Positions 18,543 through 25,996 of a stretch of DNA of 32,000 nt are shown one piece after another. Positions within the stretch are counted from its first letter, which is position 1. Each line of letters starts with the position of its first letter. Under the pieces are notes generated by a model. That model had not been told where the DNA came from, made no database searches, and saw only the letters and a program-made list of their open reading frames with translations. Source of the DNA: Erysipelotrichaceae bacterium OH741_COT-311 (GTDB taxonomy: Bacteria > Bacillota_I > Bacilli_A > Erysipelotrichales > Erysipelotrichaceae); the NCBI GenBank assembly GCA_003858585.1, contig RQZE01000005.1:60001-92000 (forward strand), in the 5' to 3' direction. The position numbers were made by a program, and so were the translations under genes.

Positions 18543-18573
18543 AAACAAAAAAAGCACGGTATTACGTGCTTTT
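18543..18573 (-). terminator. intrinsic terminator after the late-activator gene
   Basis: Minus-strand RNA AAAGCACG-UAAUAC-CGUGCUUU followed by UUUUUGUUU. Confidence 0.75.
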
Positions 18574-18615
18574 AACAAAAATCAATTTTTATGGCATTGT
18601 TTTGCCCTATGCCCA

Positions 18616-19050
18616 TTATACCACGAAAATCGATGGCACATGTGCCAACTTTTCAAAAATCATATCAAATTTTCGATAAGTTGTTCTTTTTGACCAAAAA
18701 TACATACGTGCAATTTGATTTATGTTGAACCCGTGCCAATATCGAAGTTCTATTAGCTTCACTTCTTCATCAGTAAGCCTTTGTAAGAAAGTTTCTACTT
18801 TCTTCACTGCAAATAAGTAATAATCCCGTTCCTTGATTAGCTTTGACTCCTGCATCATCAATTCAGGAATGTTGTTTTTATAGATTTTTGTTCCTGTTTG
18901 GTATTTCGCTTCTTCAGGACTTTTTATTTTCGGTGATCCAATGTTATCGCCGTTTAGTTCATAGGCAAGCAATTGAAGTCTATCTTCTAGATCCATTAAT
19001 CTGTTTAAATTAAACCGAAAAGCTTTAAGTAAAATCTCAATTTCCATCAT
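18616..19050 (-). CDS. late-gene transcriptional activator (ArpU/RinA/sigma-70 region-4-like)
   Basis: 144 aa. C-terminal LIELRYWHGFNINQIARMY...RTTYRK resembles a sigma region 4 HTH. Position immediately upstream of terS. Confidence 0.6.
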   Translation of the reverse strand: MMEIEILLKAFRFNLNRLMDLEDRLQLLAYELNGDNIGSPKIKSPEEAKYQTGTKIYKNNIPELMMQESKLIKERDYYLFAVKKVETFLQRLTDEEVKLIELRYWHGFNINQIARMYFWSKRTTYRKFDMIFEKLAHVPSIFVV

Positions 19051-19261
19051 TGAACCATCCTAGTTCTTTGCATTTAGCGTAAATAGCTAAAATTGTCCTT
19101 GTAGTAAAACACTTGTTATCACCAAGATGTACATATCTTTTAGTTTTGTTGAATTTAATCCAGGTACTACAATTCGATGGATTACCAAACAACGCTTCTG
19201 TGCTTGTTTCTTTCAGTAACATATAACCACAATTTTCAAGTAACTTGTTTGCATTATTCAT
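19037..19261 (-). CDS. hypothetical protein
   Basis: 74 aa, overlapping its neighbours in the same operon. Confidence 0.4.
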   Translation of the reverse strand: MNNANKLLENCGYMLLKETSTEALFGNPSNCSTWIKFNKTKRYVHLGDNKCFTTRTILAIYAKCKELGWFNDGN

Positions 19262-19455
19262 CTTCTACTTCCTCCTGTTTCTTCTATTTCTTTTAAAAAT
19301 CCGTTTAACACCGTTTGGAATATTCTGTTGTATCTCTTATTTCTCGCAATGTATGTCAGAAAGGCGTTCGTTTCCATTGCGATTTGTTCATCGTTCCCAA
19401 ATACATTTACAGTACAATAATCCGTTTTCTTTTTATGCCTGATTTGGATCATCAT
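19258..19455 (-). CDS. hypothetical protein
   Basis: 65 aa, with an overlapping stop/start with both neighbours. Confidence 0.35.
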   Translation of the reverse strand: MMIQIRHKKKTDYCTVNVFGNDEQIAMETNAFLTYIARNKRYNRIFQTVLNGFLKEIEETGGSRR

Positions 19456-19867
19456 TTCCTCCTAATTGGTTTATTGTTATTAAAATTCCCGGAATGTCGT
19501 TGTAGCGTTTTTCAATATGCTCAACTGCTACCTGTGCATCGTCATTCCAAAATTTACAAGTTGTCATACAGTCCTTGAGAAGTTTATTCAAGTTATCTGT
19601 ATCAGGTTTGGTGATTTTAAAGTCACCACTTTTATTTTTTTTTGTTTCTTTAAACAACCACATCACATGAAGTTGAATTGCTCCTTTCAGTTTTTCTTTC
19701 GGAGCATACTTTGCGAGATGTCCAACAAACAGCGAACGAACACTTTTCAATTTTTCGTCTTCATAGAAAACAGGTTTCCCTTTTTGAATTGCAACTCGTT
19801 TCATTTGATGTGTCGTAGTAGGTACTTTCTTTAGCGGTATAAAGAAACTGATTTCGTTATTGCTCAT
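19433..19867 (-). CDS. rusA: RusA-family Holliday junction resolvase
   Basis: 144 aa with the KPDTDNLNKLLKDC...WNDDAQV motifs characteristic of RusA. Confidence 0.8.
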   Translation of the reverse strand: MSNNEISFFIPLKKVPTTTHQMKRVAIQKGKPVFYEDEKLKSVRSLFVGHLAKYAPKEKLKGAIQLHVMWLFKETKKNKSGDFKITKPDTDNLNKLLKDCMTTCKFWNDDAQVAVEHIEKRYNDIPGILITINQLGGNDDPNQA

Positions 19868-20027
19868 GCATTACCTCTTCTAAGATTCGCAACGACATTC
19901 TAAGACCTCCGCAATACATATCAGTCATTGCTTTCTTGACACTGCATTCTGTTTCTCTTCTGACTTCTTCGCATTCGATAATTTCAGAAATCCGTTGTTT
20001 AAATTTCGACATAATTTTGTCATCCAT
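19857..20027 (-). CDS. small ORF not in the track (56 aa, MDDKIMSKFKQRISEIIECEEVRRETECSVKKAMTDMYCGGLRMSLRILEEVMHEQ)
   Basis: ATG at 20027 with AAGGAAAG upstream. The stop overlaps the rusA start (ATGCATGAGCAATAA). Below the 60-aa track threshold. Confidence 0.4.
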   Translation of the reverse strand: MDDKIMSKFKQRISEIIECEEVRRETECSVKKAMTDMYCGGLRMSLRILEEVMHEQ

Positions 20028-20272
20028 AACTTTCCTTTCTTCGCGCGTGCGTTTGTCATGGTCATGTGTTGTAGTAGGGGTGACCAGTCACTTAAGCTGG
20101 TCACCTACCGTATACACACATGACATGTGTTTGGCGACAGACAAAAATGTATATTATATATACTGGTCGTGCGTGTCGTGTCGGACACTACGCACCACTA
20201 GCGCACTACCTTGGTCGTGTCGCAACATTACGACATTATGACACTTACGACACTACCTAGGTCATGTCGTGA
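20028..20272. repeat. iteron/palindrome cluster with an AT-rich core; candidate replication origin or regulatory hub
   Basis: GGTGACCAG-N9-CTGGTCACC (20079-20105). A 15-bp palindrome ACACATGACATGTGT (20116-20130). AT-rich stretch 20141-20164. Repeated GGTCGTG/GGTCATG, GTGTCG/CGACAC, CACTACC and TTACGACA motifs (20165-20271). Confidence 0.4.
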
Positions 20273-22522
20273 TTATTTTGGTTTTATAGTTCCAGTTTCT
20301 GTGTCAAAAATATAGTCTTCCGTTTCTTCAAGCCTACGCTCTATCGTTCGTTCTGACTTACCTAAATACTCTGCAACTTCTTTTTTTGTTGGCGGTTTTT
20401 CATTGAAATTAGTTAAATGTTCTATTGCTTCTACAAAGCTATCATTTAACTTTTTCTTTTTTTTATTCGCATTCTTTTTTCGTTTTTCCTTACCTTTTTG
20501 CCAGAATGGCTTGTCACCTTCTGCGTCCATATCTTGTAAAATTCCTACTTCATCCACTACGTGAATTGGATATTGAAACCATAGATTTTTAGGTTCAAAC
20601 TTAGGAAATTCACGCAACGTCCCTTCAACTCGCCATGCTGTTTTTTGTTTAATTTTATTCAAATTAGATGCAATCAAGTCATCTAATTCACCGAGTTGAA
20701 GTGCTGATAAATTGTCTTCGGCATACGTTTCCATAATGACTTTACTCAATCTATCATCATCGCCAATCATAGTGTCATAGAAGTCACGTTTATGTATTTT
20801 AAAGTATTCTGCAATCGTTTCTGCAGTGATTTTATTGACTTCATATTTGTTAAAATCTTCTGTCAATTCAAGTTCCACTAAGTCGATTAACGCATCAGGA
20901 TCGCGTGCGAACACTCCTGAACCACTGGCTCTGTCCATCGACTTTTTACCGCCTTGCGCACCTTTACTATGGTGGTGACAATAGATGACTGCAGCTCCCA
21001 AGTTGCTTGCTACCTTGTCGAATTGATTACAGAAATGCGCCATTTGGTCTGCGCTGTTTTCATCGCCGGTGATGACCTTATAGATAGGGTCTATGATAAT
21101 TGCAATGTAGTCTTTCTTCTGCGCTCTTCTTATTAGTTTTGGAGCGAGTTTATCCATCGGTACACTTTTACCCCTCAAGTTCCAAATGTCGATATTAGAT
21201 AAATTATTTGGAGCTATTTTCATCGATTGGTAAACATCTTTGAATCGATGCAAACAAGAAGCACGATCAAGTTCTAAGTTTACATACATAATTTTTCCTT
21301 TAGCGCAATTCCAACCTAACCACTTTTTTCCTTCGGCAATTGCAATGCACAATTCGATTAATGCATAACTCTTCCCTGCTTTTGATGGACCAACAAGTAA
21401 CATCTTATGTCCTTGCCTTAAAACGCCATCGATTAACGGTTCGGCCAACGTTGGCATGTTATCCCAAAATTGGTCCAATCCTTCAGGTTCCGGAAGGTCA
21501 TCGTTGATTCCTTCTATCCATTCAAACCATTCATCCCAGGAAGATTTTCCAATATTTGTATCAATCAAAAATTGCTTGCGACCATTTCTTTTAACACCAG
21601 GAAGTCGAGATAATCGGCTAGGATTTCTGTTTTGAATATCAATTGAAAGTCCATTCTTTTGACACACTTTATATAAATAATCTACACGCTTTTTATATTC
21701 ATCTTCGCAACTTGCGTGTATTTTGACGATAGCGTGAATTGATTTCTTACCGCTAAAAACAAGACACGCAACAGGAAGTTCTAATTGTCTTATAATTGCG
21801 TTTTGCTTATCTAAATCCATGTTGTCAGATTCAACCAAAGCGTAACGATAATCAACAACGTTGCTATTCTTGATACCTTTACCATCTAGTGGATTAAATC
21901 GAATCCAAGCCCCTGCTTCTTCTTTGTAGTCGCCAAATACCGCACCAATGTCGTTTTGATATTTTCCTAATTCTTGAATCAATTGGCCCGCAGTTTTATC
22001 AAAACTTCCGGAAGTTGGAATATGCTTTATCTCGCCGGTTTTATCATCGACTTTTTGGTAAGTTGCTGTAACATAACCGACGTTTTCGTTTGACTCAAAT
22101 AACGTTTCCAAGTACTTTATAATTTCTTTGCTTGGATTCCATTCGGCATCACTTGGCTCTTGAATTTCTTTGCCTTCTACCCAGTTTTTGTCGATGATTG
22201 TATAGTCATCTTTTGTGATGACATCATCCCAAGCAAGTTCATGTCCGCCACTAGAATCTTCTTCAAAATAAGATAATACCCCCTGTTCTTTTGCAATTTG
22301 AACTAATGTTCCTCCTGTTACTCCATCACCTTTGAATGTGTTCCATTTTTTCTCACACTCTCCATCATTAAAACGTCTTTCATCACGTTTAGACCAATTA
22401 ACCCATTCTCTTACCGAATAACCTTCGTACTTTAAACTAAAACCTATTTTTAACCACTCTTCATAACTCAATATAGTAGGGTCAATTTTATCAAGTATTT
22501 CTAATAAATTTATACCATTCAT
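20273..22522 (-). CDS. replication protein: primase (AEP/PriCT-type) fused to a RecA/DnaB-like AAA helicase domain, with a C-terminal HTH
   Basis: 749 aa. N-terminal PriCT-like region (EEWLKIGFSLK...WNTFKG), an AEP-like core (LVFSGKKSIHAIV), Walker A GPSKAGKSY, and a C-terminal KKEVAEYLGKSERTIERRL. Confidence 0.75.
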   Translation of the reverse strand: MNGINLLEILDKIDPTILSYEEWLKIGFSLKYEGYSVREWVNWSKRDERRFNDGECEKKWNTFKGDGVTGGTLVQIAKEQGVLSYFEEDSSGGHELAWDDVITKDDYTIIDKNWVEGKEIQEPSDAEWNPSKEIIKYLETLFESNENVGYVTATYQKVDDKTGEIKHIPTSGSFDKTAGQLIQELGKYQNDIGAVFGDYKEEAGAWIRFNPLDGKGIKNSNVVDYRYALVESDNMDLDKQNAIIRQLELPVACLVFSGKKSIHAIVKIHASCEDEYKKRVDYLYKVCQKNGLSIDIQNRNPSRLSRLPGVKRNGRKQFLIDTNIGKSSWDEWFEWIEGINDDLPEPEGLDQFWDNMPTLAEPLIDGVLRQGHKMLLVGPSKAGKSYALIELCIAIAEGKKWLGWNCAKGKIMYVNLELDRASCLHRFKDVYQSMKIAPNNLSNIDIWNLRGKSVPMDKLAPKLIRRAQKKDYIAIIIDPIYKVITGDENSADQMAHFCNQFDKVASNLGAAVIYCHHHSKGAQGGKKSMDRASGSGVFARDPDALIDLVELELTEDFNKYEVNKITAETIAEYFKIHKRDFYDTMIGDDDRLSKVIMETYAEDNLSALQLGELDDLIASNLNKIKQKTAWRVEGTLREFPKFEPKNLWFQYPIHVVDEVGILQDMDAEGDKPFWQKGKEKRKKNANKKKKKLNDSFVEAIEHLTNFNEKPPTKKEVAEYLGKSERTIERRLEETEDYIFDTETGTIKPK

Positions 22523-22523
22523 A

Positions 22524-23235
22524 TTATATTTTTATCCTTTTATTGTTCGCTTGTACTTTCATATCTACCCATCTACAATTTGATGGTTCATAATTTCCGT
22601 CAGGATTTATTCTATCTATAGTACATTTTCCAAATTCAGCATTAGAATCATAACCATTTAATAAAGCCCATTCTTTAAAATTATCAAAACTACTCATCCA
22701 TTCAGCACATACGAATATTCCTCTTCCACCATAATTAGGGTACTGTTCAACGTTCGGATTGCTACAACGAGCTTTCATTGCTTTCCATACATAGTATAAA
22801 CGTGTATTTGACATGCCATGGGTTTTCATTCTTTCTCCCATTGTGTATTTCGAAGAAGCACATCCACAACTCTTCGTATGACCATTTAATAAGTTTTCTT
22901 GTATTACTTCTGTCTTATTACCACAGTCACAATTGCATTCCCACACTGGATTACTCCCTTTTCTTTTTTTTTGATTTTGAAATTACAATTAGCTTCCCGA
23001 ATTTTTTATTTGTTAAATTTTTTTCTCTAGCTTTCCTCAGTAAAAAAGATTTATTACACCCACAACTTGTTGTATTTCCTGATATTAAATTACACCTTGA
23101 AACAATAATTGTATTCCCGCATTCACATTCACAGTTCCAAAGTGAATTTTTGCTTTTTTTATTATTCCTTGAAATAACGATTAGTTTATTAAACTTTTTT
23201 CCTGTTAAATTCTTAAAATTATTTACCGTTTTCAT
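22524..23235 (-). pseudogene. Cys-repeat / HNH-like DNA-binding (homing-endonuclease-family) gene split into two ORFs at an A9 tract
   Basis: ORFs 22951..23235 and 22524..22946. The repeat unit LTxKKFxKLIVIS...W(N/E)C(E/N)C(E/D)CGN...SCGC is interrupted exactly at A9 (22964-22972). The +1 frame is open across the junction. Confidence 0.6.
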
Positions 23236-23525
23236 AACTGACCTTTTTCCCTAACCAATTCATCAAATAATTGGTAATATGTTTTTTTTAATTCATCTAT
23301 TTCTTTTGTTGATTTCAAAATATAGTCAAAAATAATGTTGCTTTTTATAGAATTAGAATTGTAATCATATATAATTTTCCATTCATTAGTTTTTGTAATA
23401 TTTTGATTAAAATATTCTTCAGTAACATCTTTTATCAAACATAATGCCTTGCTTTGATTGAAACTTATATTAATTAAGTTTTCTTCCATAGTCATAATTA
23501 ATTCTTTTGTTGAAATTGAATGCAT
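23232..23525 (-). CDS. hypothetical 97-aa protein (AT-rich island cargo)
   Basis: TAGGAGG RBS before the ATG at 23525; the track start at 23573 lacks an RBS. ATGA overlap with the next ORF. No recognisable motif. Confidence 0.5.
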   Translation of the reverse strand: MHSISTKELIMTMEENLINISFNQSKALCLIKDVTEEYFNQNITKTNEWKIIYDYNSNSIKSNIIFDYILKSTKEIDELKKTYYQLFDELVREKGQL

Positions 23526-23589
23526 AATATAAAAACCTCCTATTTTTTCATAGTTGAAAACAATAAGAGGCATAGTGTATAATTTATCT

Positions 23590-23655
23590 GCACTCTTATT
23601 GGGTGTAGGTTGAGTAACACATTTACTATTTGGCGATAGGTGTTACTCTTTTTTT
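23590..23655 (+). ncRNA. candidate ~65-nt plus-strand sRNA, antisense to the RHH/97-aa intercistronic region
   Basis: Plus-strand TTGAAA (23554-23559), 18 nt, TATAAT (23578-23583). Then hairpin GAGTAACAC (23612-23620) / GTGTTACTC (23640-23648) followed by T7 (23649-23655). No ORF. Confidence 0.35.
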
Positions 23656-23812
23656 ATTTGATTAATTTACTTACAACATAATCGGTTAAAGTTTTGCCGC
23701 TCTTTTTGGCATTTTCTAAAATGATTTGTTTTTCTTGTTTTGTAAGTCTAATATTTAATCTTTCGTTTCTTGGGTTTTCCAATGGTGGTCTACCCATTTC
23801 TTTTTTAGCCAC
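23654..23812 (-). CDS. ribbon-helix-helix (CopG/MobC-like) small DNA-binding protein, not in the ORF track
   Basis: 52 aa: MAKKEMGRPPLENPRNERLNIRLTKQEKQIILENAKKSGKTLTDYVVSKLIK. GTG at 23812 lies 5 nt after AGGAG, with an alternative ATG at 23797. The GRPP...R.NIRLT..E pattern is typical of RHH proteins. Confidence 0.6.
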   Translation of the reverse strand: MAKKEMGRPPLENPRNERLNIRLTKQEKQIILENAKKSGKTLTDYVVSKLIK

Positions 23813-23843
23813 TTATACTCCTTTCTATACTATTTGGCTACCC

Positions 23844-23873
23844 ATATATTACATAATACTTTTTGGGATGTCA
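23844..23873 (-). promoter_or_regulatory. sigma-70 promoter driving the RHH island
   Basis: Minus-strand TTGACA (23873-23868), 18 nt, TAATAT (23849-23844), about 25 nt upstream of the RHH SD. Confidence 0.5.
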
Positions 23874-23934
23874 ATAAGTATTTATAAAAGAAGTTTTTAC
23901 ACTATGCTATTCAATTTTCAAAGAACTATTTTAA

Positions 23935-25533
23935 TTACGCTCCTTTCGGAACGTACTCTGATGGAATGATACCTTTAGGAATTTTCCAACCATTGACAGC
24001 AATTCTATCTATTAGATTTTTAGCGTCCTGAATATTCCAAGTGCCTACGTGCTGAAATCCTTTTCTTTCTAAGAAACGAATTTGTTTTGGTGTAGAAAGT
24101 CCTTCATCACGACGTTTATTCAATCTATCAATAAGTTTGGCTGCTTTTCCTGCGTTTCCAATTTCATCAGGAAGTATTCCCATTTTCTCTAATATCTTCA
24201 ATTGTTTTTCGCTTGGCGGACTCATTTCCCAGCCAAATGAAGGAGTGTAATTTGATAAATCTTCAGCTTGAATACTCAATTCAAATTGCAATGGATCTAC
24301 TAATCTCTTTTTGCGCATTTTCATTTCTTCAAGCTTTTTCGCTAGTGCTTCTTCTCTAGCAGATATGACATCTTCTTTCGCTTCTTTTTCAGCTTCTTCG
24401 ATGTCAATCGGACATCCTGCTTGTTCTTCTAAATTCTTAGTCATTTTCTTTGCGACTTCTTCATTCTCACAAATTAAACTTGCAGGATGACAAAGCTCAT
24501 GTCGTTCTGTGTGCCATAAGAAATCTAATAATAATAAATGGTCTTTACCAGGAAACAAACGTGTTCCTCTTCCTACCATTTGACTATATAAGCTTCGTAC
24601 TTTCGTTGGTCTTAGAACTACAACACAGTCTACTGATGGACAATCCCATCCTTCAGTGAGAAGCATTGAATTACATAAAACATTATATTTTCCGTTATCG
24701 AAATCTTTTAAGATTTCAGTTCTATCCTTACTATCGCCATTGACTTCTGCAGCATGAAATCCTTTTTCATTCAAAATATCTCTAAACTTTTGAGAAGTCT
24801 TTACCAAAGGCAGAAACACAACAGTTTTTCTATCTTTGCAATGATTCAACATTTCTTCTGCTATTTGGTATAAATAAGGATCTAATGCCGTTCCTAAGTC
24901 ACTTGCTTTGAAATCACCGGATTGTTGCCCTACTGAACTCAAGTCCAATTTTAAAGGCAATGTCAAAGCTTTTATAGGCGATAAATAACCTTCTTTAATT
25001 GCTTTCGCTAAGCTATACTCATAGGCTAGACTTTCAAAGAATGTTCCTAAGTTGCGCATATCACCTCTATCAGGTGTTGCGGTAACTCCTAATACATTTG
25101 CTTCATTGAAATGTTCTAACACTCTTTGATAGCTATCACTGATTACATGATGCGCTTCATCAACTACGATTGTGTCAAAGTAATCATTTTCAAATTGTTC
25201 TAGTCGCTTTGGTCTTTGCAACGATTGAACAGATCCAACGACAACCATGTACCAACTGCCTAAACATGATTGTTCTGCTTTTTCTACTGCACATTTTAAA
25301 CCAGTAGCTTGTTCAAGTTTATCTGCAGCTTGATCAAGTAACTCACCACGATGTGCCAATACAAGCACACGTTGTCCTTGTTCTACACAGCTTTCAATTA
25401 CTTTGCTGAATACAATAGTTTTGCCACATCCCGTAGGCAATACAAGGAGCGTTTTGCGCACTCCTTGTTGCCATTGTTCAAATATACTTTCCTTAGCTTC
25501 AGCTTGATAAGGTCTTAATTGCATTATTTCCAA
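23935..25533 (-). CDS. SF2 DEAD/DEAH-box helicase (type III restriction Res-like)
   Basis: 532 aa. Motifs PTGCGKT, VVDEAHH, TATP and QMVGRGTR. C-terminal tandem ~45-aa repeat. Confidence 0.85.
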   Translation of the reverse strand: MEIMQLRPYQAEAKESIFEQWQQGVRKTLLVLPTGCGKTIVFSKVIESCVEQGQRVLVLAHRGELLDQAADKLEQATGLKCAVEKAEQSCLGSWYMVVVGSVQSLQRPKRLEQFENDYFDTIVVDEAHHVISDSYQRVLEHFNEANVLGVTATPDRGDMRNLGTFFESLAYEYSLAKAIKEGYLSPIKALTLPLKLDLSSVGQQSGDFKASDLGTALDPYLYQIAEEMLNHCKDRKTVVFLPLVKTSQKFRDILNEKGFHAAEVNGDSKDRTEILKDFDNGKYNVLCNSMLLTEGWDCPSVDCVVVLRPTKVRSLYSQMVGRGTRLFPGKDHLLLLDFLWHTERHELCHPASLICENEEVAKKMTKNLEEQAGCPIDIEEAEKEAKEDVISAREEALAKKLEEMKMRKKRLVDPLQFELSIQAEDLSNYTPSFGWEMSPPSEKQLKILEKMGILPDEIGNAGKAAKLIDRLNKRRDEGLSTPKQIRFLERKGFQHVGTWNIQDAKNLIDRIAVNGWKIPKGIIPSEYVPKGA

Positions 25534-25976
25534 CCGTTAAATTCTTTAGTTTCTTCTTTTCTAGGATAGAACTTTTTGATTTGATTGTATGTATTACCGT
25601 TGTAAGTATTTGGTTCAACTTTACAACGTCCACTGCACCCTGGCACTGCATTCCAATTCATTTTGAATGATTCTCCATCTTTCTTTAAACCAATTGATTT
25701 GAAAAATGCAGATAACATTCTTTCAGTCGAAGTATGAAGAAATAAATTATGATAAATACTTACGTTTTCGCCATTATAAGCAATCTTGATTTCAACGGTT
25801 GCTTTGTTGCATGGTGGAAGTTTTTCTGAACCATTGTGTCGACCACGTTCGTATGATCCTACAACAAAGTCGTAATCACCGGCAGGAAGTACAATATACT
25901 CTCCGCCTTCTTGTGAAATTTCGTCATCCCAAGCTAACTCTCGTTCCTGGTTTAGTTGATTATTATATTGTGTCAT
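25524..25976 (-). CDS. DUF669-family protein (phage replication/recombination module)
   Basis: 150 aa. The N-terminal pattern LAWDDEI...YIVLPAGDYDFVV is typical of DUF669. Sits between the Sak4-like and helicase genes. Confidence 0.55.
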   Translation of the reverse strand: MTQYNNQLNQERELAWDDEISQEGGEYIVLPAGDYDFVVGSYERGRHNGSEKLPPCNKATVEIKIAYNGENVSIYHNLFLHTSTERMLSAFFKSIGLKKDGESFKMNWNAVPGCSGRCKVEPNTYNGNTYNQIKKFYPRKEETKEFNGWK

Positions 25977-25996
25977 TTTAATGTCCTCTTTTCTTT

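Noticed and set aside
20165-20271. Short repeated motifs that could suggest a CRISPR array
   Set aside because: The repeats are only 6-10 bp, irregularly spaced, and occur in both orientations. There is no repeat-spacer periodicity and there are no cas genes.
22778-23254. 158-aa plus-strand ORF, and other plus-strand track ORFs (for example 7886-8233, 10177-10542, 13009-13278, 15987-16316, 19936-20241, 27557-27880)
   Set aside because: All lie antisense to well-supported minus-strand genes or in repeat DNA. They lack RBSs and have low-complexity Ser/Phe/Leu-rich translations typical of antisense frames in AT-rich DNA.
23612-23648. Reading the hairpin after the RHH gene as the RHH terminator on the minus strand
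   Set aside because: On the minus strand the stem is followed by AACCUACACCC with no U-tract. The T7 run lies on the plus-strand side, so it is reported instead as the terminator of a candidate plus-strand sRNA, and it may still stabilise the minus-strand mRNA.
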